The notes under the pieces are model-generated. The model saw only the letters and a list, made by a program, of their open reading frames with translations, did no database searches and was not told the origin of the DNA. Both the position numbers and the translations under genes were made by a program. A stretch of DNA of 62,170 bases, filler included, from Squatina squatina (Eukaryota), in assembly GCA_031763465.1 (NCBI GenBank). It is 3 parts of 3 records of this genome, joined end to end, with 100 filler letters (N's around TTAATTAATTAA, not from the genome) between each part and the next. Parts side by side here need not be neighbours in the genome. Positions count along the whole stretch, not along the records: positions 44,860 to 62,170 come from JARFOE010000007.1; 2 more parts are not named here. The stretch is one strand, 5' to 3'. Shown piece by piece: positions 53,226-62,170 of the stretch. Position 1 is the first letter of the stretch. Each line of letters starts with the position of its first letter.

Positions 53226-54458
53226 CTGTAAGAGTAGGAACAGGAAATCCAGGGACACAGGGATCATNNNNNNNNNNNNNNNNNNNNNNNNNNNNNNNNN
53301 NNNNNNNNNNNNNNNNNNNNNNNNNNNNNNNNNNNNNNNNNNNNNNNNNNNNNNNNNNNNNNNNNNNTAAGGAGAATGTTAAACTTGTGTAAGTCTGTCT
53401 TAATTTGAAACATACCACTTAAATGTAACGTATTACCAAATCCTTTCTGCAGACAAATGATTTACTAAACCTCCAACCCATTCTGTGTCCTGCTGAACAG
53501 CTTGCAGATGTATTGCCAAAAACAATAGCTCTGATTCTAACCTCCCCAAGCCCAACAAGAATGGGATGTGCGGGGGAGATTACAATAGAGACAGTGTGTA
53601 ACTCACTGGGTCCACACTGAACACATACCATGTGCCATTTTAGCAGATGTGTTGTGAGCAGCCAGCGAAGACACAGGCCTTGAGATTCAGGCGTTGGTGT
53701 CTGATGGCGTGGCGGGAGCTGGCATCTTAAAATGGCTCGGGCTCCACTTCCATGAGCTGGATTGAGCCTTGACGCTCCCACTGCCAGCCCCACCTTCAAC
53801 CCCAATTAAACTCGAACTGCCTTACGAACTGCAATGCTTCTCTAAACTGCGGCATCTCTTTAAATCCTGCAGTAGCGCACAGTTTTCCCACCCGGCAATG
53901 GGTGAGCTTCCCAACCCAGACATGGCCCATTACAAGAGCTCCCTGAGATTAAGCTAATGATGTTGCTTCCTGAATTAGGCCCAGGATCAGCCCCTGACCC
54001 ACTCTTGGAAAGTCTGCTCTAATATTGAGTACTGATTACTTATGGCTATTTGTACACTCAAACTGAGATGAAGCCTCAGTTACATTTCTTGATGACCGTT
54101 TTAATTCTTAACCCCCTGGCACCTAAGATGAGCAGTTCAGAGGACCTCCTGGGTCTGAAGTTGGGTCATCAGCTGTTGACTAGCCCAGTATGAATAGAAT
54201 ACAAACAAAAATTGCTGGAAAAACTCAGCANNNNNNNNNNNNNNNNNNNNNNNNNNNNNNNNNNNNNNNNNNNNNNNNNNNNNNNNNNNNNNNNNNNNNN
54301 NNNNNNNNNNNNNNNNNNNNNNNNNNNNNNACTGCTCCCAATCCTCAGGTTTGCTGCTTTTTCTGGCCAATTTATATGCTTGCTCCTTGGATCTTATACG
54401 GTGGAATAATCACAATGTTGTAAATGTTTTTAATGTTCATGAAAAATTTTTTTTAAAC

Positions 54459-54832
54459 GTGATTAGTGCCTTCGCTTCTGAGTCAGAAGGTTGTGGCTTG
54501 AAATGCCACTCCTGAGCACAAAAAATATAGACTGACGCTGCAATGCAGTACTGAGGGAATACGGCACTATCCAAGGTGCTGTCTTTCAGATGAGANNNNN
54601 NNNNNATCCCCAGTGTCCTGGCCAATATTTATCCCTCAATCAACATAACAAAAACCGATTATCTGGTCATTATCACATTGCTGTTTGTGGGAGCTTGCTA
54701 TGTGCAAATTGGCTGCCGCATTTCCTACATTACAACAGTGACTACACTCCAAAAGTACTTCATTGGCTGTAAAGCACTTTGGGACATCCTGAGGTTGTGA
54801 AAGGTGTTATATAAATGCAAGTCTTTCTTTTC
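54459..54832 (+). mobile_element. Near full-length tRNA-head/Deu-domain SINE (SacSINE1-like)
   Basis: Head ctgagtcagaaggttgtgg, body cagtactgaggg...tctttcagatgag, ttgctgtttgtgggagcttgct..., L2-like tail tataaatgcaagtctttctttt; several related copies in the window. Confidence 0.8.
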
Positions 54833-55380
54833 TACAATTGAGCCTTATTGCAAGGAGTTGGAGTAAGAATGTCTGCTTCAATTATAGAGGGCTTGGTGAG
54901 ACCACACCTGGACAGTTTTGGTCTCATTACCTAAGGAAGGATATATTTGCCTTGGAGGCGATCCAGCAGAGGTTCACCAGATTGATTCCTGGGATGAGAG
55001 GCTTGTCGCATGAGGATAGATTGAGTACAATGGACTTATATTCTCTGGGGTTAAGAAGAATGAGAGTTGATCTCATTGTAACATATAAAATCTTAGTGGT
55101 TTTGACAGAGTCGCTGCTGAGAGGCTGTTTCCCCTGGCTGAAGACTCTCGAACTGAGGAGAAATGTCTCCACACAGGGCTGTGAATCTTTGGAATTCCCT
55201 ACCACAGAGGGTTGTGCATGCTTAGTCTTTGAGTATATTCAAGAATGAGATTGATAGATTTTTGGACACTAAGGAATCAAGGCATATGGGGATAGGGTGG
55301 GAAAATGGAGTTGAGATTGAAGATCAGCTATGATCTTATTGGATGGTAGGGCAGGCTCGATGGGCCTATTGGCTATTCCT
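54833..55380 (+). mobile_element. CR1-type LINE 3' end
   Basis: QFWSHYLRKDIFALEAIQQRFTRLIPGMRGLSHEDRL...LRRMRVDLIVTYKIL plus the 3' UTR. Confidence 0.88.
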
Positions 55381-56759
55381 NNNNNNNNNNNNNNNNNNNN
55401 NNNNNNNNNNNNNNNNNNNNNNNNNNNNNNNNNNNNNNNNNNNNNNNNNNNNNNNNNNNNNNNNNNNNNNNNNNNNNNNNTCTCCCCAACTTGGTTTAAT
55501 TATCTCCCCACCCTAGATTGTTACTCCTCCGCACAGCAGGACGACTAACATATGAAAAAATCTGGCACTTATTCCCCCACTTTAAACCCCCTCATCTTGC
55601 CTTCCCTCCCCCACCCCATGGCTAACATGCCAGTGCTGCAGCGGCTGCTGGTGCCTAGCGTTCTAGCCCTCCCGTGCTCCTGCGCTGGACCGGGAGCGTC
55701 AGGACATTGTCCAAAGGGCCTGATGTTAGCAGCTGAGCTCAGTTCACTTTTGCACAAACACAGACTGCAGCATTCACTCTGAGCTACAGGAACAAGCGAG
55801 GCATTGGTAGAACTGTCCGATTTAATGCTGGCTTCGCGGATTTCAATCGATAAATGCAAACCATGAAAGCATGCACCGTAATATTGCTAGACAGCAAACA
55901 CCAGCTCAACTGCTACATTTTCAGCAAACTAAAGCCTGGAAACACATGTGCCACAGTGGCAGCAGAAGAGACATATAAAATAGGGGCTTTGTTCTTGCAT
56001 GAATTTCTTGAAGTTTTGACCTGACTCATGTCGAGCTTTTTCTGTGAACACATGGAGCTGATTAGAGAACATGAAAAAAACAATGACAAACCAATCATTA
56101 AGTGTGATATCAACTTATTCCATTAAGATTGCTTGAGTGTGTCAATAGCTACTGTTCAGCAAGATATTTATCTATTAAAAACTGCATACCATGGCAGCAT
56201 TATGATCTAGTGCTGAGCACTGATTTGTGGCTGTGTGGCCAGAACACTGTACATCTGTGAAACTAATATTGCAGTGAACGGGCAACTTGCTAAATTGGTC
56301 CATGCTAACTGTGAACATGATTTCTATTTGAACAATTTATTAAAAGCATTGTTCCCCTTTTGATAAAATGAAAACACATTCTCCAGCATGCCAAGGTCCT
56401 GACCTATTCAGCCTCTATGTCTCATCTGACCCTCATAACTGCCAACCCAAACCCAACCACTCGCACTGCCAACCCGATCCCTCAAATCCCAACTCTATCC
56501 TTGAAAAGTAAAATCCGATCTAACAATGAATCTGCAATCTCTTTTTTTGATCCTGTTGATTGTACCAAAGGTAGACAGTGCTTGTTACATGCTCCTTACC
56601 CCTCCCTACTCCACCCAACACACCTTTTCAGTCACGGGAAGTTAGGGAGGGGGTATTGGGAAAAATTTTATTCAGTCAATTTTTAACAACTGCAGGAGTT
56701 TGTGAAACAAGCCACCTTCACACTGAGACTTTTTGCAGGGATGAAGGTTACATCAACGT

Positions 56760-56982
56760 CATTGGAAATAGGAGCAGAGGTCGGCCATTCGGCCCCTCGA
56801 GCCTGCTCCACCAGTCAATGAGATCATGGCTGATTCTCGACGTCAACTCCACTTTCTCTCCCGATCCCCATATCCTATGATTCCGAGAGTCCAAAAATCT
56901 ATCGATCTCTGTCTTGAATATTCTCAATGACTGAGCCTCCACAGCCCTCTGGGGGAGAGAATTCCGAGTGAAGAAATTCCAC
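56760..56982 (-). mobile_element. CR1 3' end
   Basis: EAQSLRIFKTEIDRFLD and the 3' UTR ggccattcggcccctcgagcctgctcc. Confidence 0.8.
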
Positions 56983-57422
56983 TCGAGTACCTTGCCGGCA
57001 TGGACTTTGAATTAACACAGTGCCGCCACTCATTAGTTGGTGCACAGGTAGCGCACAGCGTTATAGAGGAAAGGGAAATTCGCTCTTATTCCAAAAGGCC
57101 GTGGCGCTGTGCCAACACACGACTTGAGCGCCACACCCTTTCGAGCCGTTCTATGTTACAGTTCTGTCGTTCAGTGAGTCAATCGGCAAAACACAGCTAT
57201 GCCCCTGAAGCGCTTGTTCTGAAGTCGCTGGTTCAGAAGTCGCTGAGGCAATCTTAAAGGAACTGCTCCCGTGCGCAAACTGGAGCTACACGGGTCCATT
57301 ACATACCGAGCCAAACCGGCGGATGCGACTGGAGCTACCACCAGTAGGAGGAGACCAGCATCCTCACTGAAGAAAAACTTGCCTCTTTATAGCACCTTTG
57401 ACAACCACTAGACGTCCCAAAG

Positions 57423-57537
57423 CCTCAGTACTGCTCCTCCCACAGTGCAGCTCTCCCTCAGTACTGTGCTCCCTCAGGACCGCCCCTCCGACAGTGCGGC
57501 GCTCCCTCAGTACTGCCCCTCCGACAGTGCGGCGCTC
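57423..57537. repeat. 33-bp SINE-derived tandem repeat running into a gap
   Basis: Unit ccctcagtactgcccctccgacagtgcggcgct, about 3.5 imperfect copies; adjacent to an antisense SINE tail (57376-57423). Confidence 0.75.
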
Positions 57538-60500
57538 NNNNNNNNNNNNNNNNNNNNNNNNNNNNNNNNNNNNNNNNNNNNNNNNNNNNNNNNNNNNNNN
57601 NNNNNNNNNNNNNNNNNNNNNNNNNNNNNNNNNNNNNTCAAACTCACTAGTTTGCTGTTTCTTAAGTCACTTTTGCTATGTTTTTTTAAAATTGGAGTGA
57701 GATCTGCCTTTCCGCCCCAGGCACCTCTCCAGTATTCTGCAATTTCTGGAAGATTTATGCCCGAGTTCCTGTAATTTCCTCCGTTATGGATCCTCGGATG
57801 CATCTTATACGGCCCCTGAGACTTGTTCACCTTAAGTTTGCACAGCTGTTTGGCAACCCTGCTGGTAGTGATGTGAATAGTGTCACAACTTGCCTCTACA
57901 ACACCCTATAGTTCCCTTTCCACATCAAATAATCACCTGCCTCTTCCTTGGTTTAAAAAAAACTGAGGCAAAAAATTAGATGTATTAAACATTGATTGAT
58001 ATATTCACTGGCACACCTTCTCCGCGGGCTCTCTTTGATCCCTGCGTCTAGTTCAGACACTCACTCACCATTCTATCTATCCTCTACCCCCTTTTGTTTA
58101 GGTGGAGTCCATCTGGTCTGTATAGACTCCCTCTGTCCCACCATTTGAGGAGCAAAGCCCTGATTCCCTAAAACAAAGCCTTAGCTACATGTTGGTGCCT
58201 AACTACCCTCTGTCTCTTGACTAGCACAGGGCACGAGTANNNNNNNNNNNNNNNNNNNNNNNNNNNNNNNNNNNNNNNNNNNNNNNNNNNNNNNNNNNNN
58301 NNNNNNNNNNNNNNNNNNNNNNNNNNNNNNNNNNNNNNNTCGTACCTGTGTCGGATTTTGACATTGCAAAGGTTATATACCAATAGGGGACAATCCCTAT
58401 AATGCATATCTTTGGGGACAGGACTTGATGTTTTACATTTCTAATTTCGTGTTGGGAGAGTGGGAGGTTTTTACTTTGGAGGTCATTCCTCCAATTATTA
58501 TCTTAATATTTGTTTGTATACTGTGGTTATCGATCAATAAACGCAGTTATATTGCTATTTAATCCTCGGATATAAATGTCACTTTGCATCAAAAATTTAA
58601 ACATGCTGTCTCAATTTCACCTTGACCGCTTTTGGTCAAAAAAACTGAGAAAGACAAGGTTAGCTGTTTTCTTTTTATTTGTAACAAATCCCGTGTACAA
58701 TAAAAAGAACAGTGCACAGCCAGCCACTGCAGCCTGCTACTAATTTCAATCTTAACGGGCAACTTCTTCAGGAAAAAGTGTTTGCCAAGCCATTCATTTG
58801 TTTGCCAAATGCACAGTGCAATGACATAAAAAGCCTTGACATGCAACACCTCGTTGTCCGCACATGACCACCTTGCGACGAAAATGGCGCCCAGTTCTTT
58901 TGGTTCCTCTCCCTCCAGAAACAAAAGAAAGGGGAGCTGCACAGTTATTTCAAGAACACTTTACACTTTTAAGAGTAAATCACAAATAACGGTGGTATTC
59001 TTTAGTTAAATGCCTGTGTGTCAAATTGCTTTTCAGATACATGAAACAGATTACATAACCAGCCTTCAACTTCCAGTGCCTTCTCCAGGCACAGTCCGAG
59101 ACCAATGGGGTGAAAGGCAGTTTTGAAAGTCCAATTTCACCAAGGCTAAGATCACTTACGATCACTTACAATCATTACAACAGTGTGTACATTCCAAAAG
59201 TACTTCATTGACTGTGATTGTGAAAGGTGCTATCGAAATGCAAGTCTTTCCTTTTCCCCAATTTGAGTTATCTTGTAGCTGCAGGGAAAGAGAAGAGCAA
59301 GGGATGAGATGCAAGAGTGACTAACTGGCTGTTACGGCAGTATATCCATCAAAATGATATATAAATAGATTGAACTGCTGAGAAAACTGTTCCAGATTGT
59401 GAGCAGATAAATTAGTTGAGCTTCTTAAAATGGTTTCCTTCTTTTATATGCCACATACCCACTCCAGTGAATGCCGGCTCTTTCTGCTGTAGACATTGTA
59501 ATGACAAAAGCAACTTCTTTGTCTTTTCGATCAAGTGAATATGGGGCATCTCCCCTGTCATTATCCTGGAACGTATAACTTACAGCACGATGGTCATTAA
59601 ACAAAATCCGAGACATGAGCTGCTGACAGTTTTACGACATGGAGTGGTTATTGGAACTCGTCCTAGTTAATAACTTTTTTACCATCTGTGCACCCATTGC
59701 CTCAGGCAATCTGGCCCTTGTGTAAAAGGCGTATACTCCATCTGAAGACATAAAACAGTTGAAAACCAATACCTCGAGACCGAATTCCATTCGAATTTCA
59801 GGTTGAACTATTCCAGGTTTCCTTTGAAGAATATTATAGTTGTGTCTGACATGGAAGTGGTTCGAATTCTAAGAGACAAAACTCTTCCGGTATATCATTA
59901 ATATCATTCATAAAACAAGACTATTGCCTTGGAGAAATTAATTAATCATCATTTCCCACTNNNNNNNNNNNNNNNNNNNNNNNNNNNNNNNNNNNNNNNN
60001 NNNNNNNNNNNNNNNNNNNNNNNNNNNNNNNNNNNNNNNNNNNNNNNNNNNNNNNNNNNNTAGAGGAGTGCAGACATCTTGTCAATTTTCTTGTAAATTT
60101 GTCATGTTTTTTCTCCATATTGTGTTACGATCCTTTTTCCATTGGTGAGTTACTTATCTCAGTGGTCCCGGAAGGAATTTCAAAATTACTTTAGCAGTTT
60201 CTTTCACTCCCCATCTCCTTTTAGTGGCAGTTTTCACCAACCGCTAATCATTTGGCTGTTTTCATAAATCCTTAATAGTTTTTCACTGGGAGCTTTGCCT
60301 GCTTCCCATTGGTGCCTTCTATATCTGTTCAGTTGTGATTTGTTTCAGTTTTATGAATTTTTGAGCCAAGTGACGATCAGAGCAGATGCGTAGGCTCAGG
60401 TGTGTCAGAGTTTGGCACCTGCTGTAAGGTGACCTGCAGACCTGAAGTTCCTTAAATGATGCAGAATACCAATAGGTAAACCTGCTAAGAATTTAAGAGA

Positions 60501-60637
60501 AATATTAGTTGTTAATTGTTCGGGAGTAATTTGAGAAACTTTAAAATCAGTTTATTCTATTTACAGTCTTGATTCTAAAATGTGTAACAGCTGGTTTGAC
60601 ATAAAGCGACCGGGAGAGTGAATGGTACAAGATAATA

Positions 60638-60733
60638 TAAACAGAGAATGCTGGAAATAGTCAGGAAGTCAGGCAGCATCTGTAGAGAGAGAAACAGAGT
60701 TAACGTTTCGGGTCGATGACCCTTCGTCAGAAC
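60638..60733 (-). mobile_element. 96-bp Penelope-type retroposed unit with a 14-bp target-site duplication
   Basis: Flanked by an exact direct repeat ggtacaagataata (60624-60637 and 60734-60747). Confidence 0.75.
60699..60733 (-). ncRNA. Candidate minimal (type I) hammerhead ribozyme motif
   Basis: Minus strand GUU-CUGACGA-A-GGGUC-AUC-GACCC-GAAA-C-GUU-AAC: both core boxes, 5-bp stem II, palindromic AACGUU in place of stem III, short stem I. Confidence 0.6.
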
Positions 60734-60803
60734 GGTACAAGATAATACATGTGTGTCGAGCTAATATCCAGTTATGTGACGCTTTGTACCTTATACCTAC
60801 CAG

Positions 60804-60970
60804 TCCAGGGCCAGGAGGGACAAACTGCCAGGGAGCCAATGTGGAGCACAAGGTGTGTGAGAACTTACCCTGTACCAAGGGATTACCTAGTTTCAGAGAT
60901 CAACAGTGCCAGTCCCAAGACAGGCAAGGTCATCAGAAGAAAAAGCACTGGACTGCTGTCCTCAATGATG
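60804..60970 (+). CDS. ADAMTS17: ADAMTS17 exon (end of first TSP1 repeat and start of Cys-rich domain)
   Basis: 167-nt exon bounded by atacctaccag| and |gtgagc; encodes [55 protein letters not shown]. Confidence 0.92.
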
Positions 60971-62170
60971 GTGAGCACATGTTAAACTGTTTGTTGGGTA
61001 AGGACCATTACAAGATTGAAAGATTATTGACAAAGTGCAGACTAAAGGCGGTGCTGTTTTTCTTCTCAGTCACTTCTCTGTGTAAACTGGTAAAACAAAG
61101 ACTTGCATTAAATTACACCTTAACTCTTTCTTGTTATGTCCCAGACAATGAAGCACTTTTGGGTCACTTGATTGTAGGCAAATACAGTGGCTAATTTGCA
61201 TACAGAAACATTTCAAACAGGAATAAGAACTAGAAGTAATATTTATTTAGCTAGAATTAATTGGCTTACCAATCACCTGGGAGTACTCAATGAACCATCA
61301 ATTGACAAGACTTGGTCTCTACCTTGGCGTCCTGTTGTTCACATTTTAAAAGGAATACAATGTATATGATCTAATTGAAACTAGGCCAATGGTAGTGATC
61401 CTAGATGGGAAGTCGCTGATCTAGGCTAGCATTCCAGCCACCAATCCATAAGATCAGATTGCCTCTGGGTTCAGCCCAAATCAGATAATATTTAGTGTCA
61501 CACAACACAACTGAATGTTGGCGTCAGGTCATAGCCCTAGTTAAATGAAAGATCAGGCAACGGGAGGGGAGGCCCATCACTACGATGAAAAGTCTGTGTC
61601 AGCAGCTCACCAGAGTTGCGATTCTGAAATTGGCTCCAAATCCCTTGACAGATGCTGTGACCATCTTTCACTTTTGAAACATGTGTGTAAAATGGATCTA
61701 TCGGACATCATTGCTGAAAATCATGAATGNNNNNNNNNNCCATAGTTAAGTGTCAAAATTCTCACCAATGTAGAACCGCTCAGCCACAAGTAACTTTGAA
61801 TGTCTTCTTCAAAAGTACTGACCCTAATAGCCGGTTCTCTTGAGCTTAGGCCAAAGTATTAGTTGTTTGCCAGGCTCGTCCATCTGCACTGTCGCTGTCC
61901 ACCAATGTTGGCATTTCTGAATGTCACAGTGAACATCATGCTTCAACCACGAGACGGTATCAAGGTTAGACCATGATGGTCATAGGCCAGTATCCTGCTG
62001 CCAATGTTGTCAGAGCTTACAGAAACTATAATGAGAAACTTTTGCACAATCTCATTTGACACAGTTCTGGCTGGGGATAGGGAAGACTTGATTTTAATTT
62101 TCTTATTCTTGTGGTTAAATCCCTCCATGGCCTCGGCCATCCCTGTCTCTGAAACTTCATCCAGCCCCAT

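Overview
Eukaryotic, vertebrate DNA, most likely from a cartilaginous fish (shark). This inference rests on Deu-type SINEs, CR1/L2 LINEs and Penelope-type termini that I recognise from shark genomes. It is a fragmented draft assembly: short contigs joined mostly by fixed 100-N gaps, plus two synthetic N44-TTAATTAATTAA-N44 linkers (15585-15684, 44760-44859). Only isolated exons are present: GABRB3 (9990-10210 +), ASB7 (45593-45616 and 45717-46240 -), a NIPBL-like exon (47443-47583 +), the LINS1 last exon (49038-49923 +) and three ADAMTS17 exons (50463-50546, 51075-51229, 60804-60970 +). The rest is intronic or intergenic and rich in repeats. Three things stand out. (1) A decayed LTR-type pol (HHCC, D-D35-E, GPY/F integrase) resembling the NYNRIN/CGIN1 integrase lineage, followed by a splice acceptor and a signal-peptide ORF that may be env. 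(2) A 96-bp insertion with a perfect 14-bp target-site duplication that is little more than a Penelope-type minimal hammerhead ribozyme plus tail. (3) A diverged NIPBL exon inside the ASB7-LINS1-ADAMTS17 block. Gene and family identities come from remembered sequences, not database searches. There are no prokaryotic systems, CRISPR arrays, rRNA or true tRNA genes.
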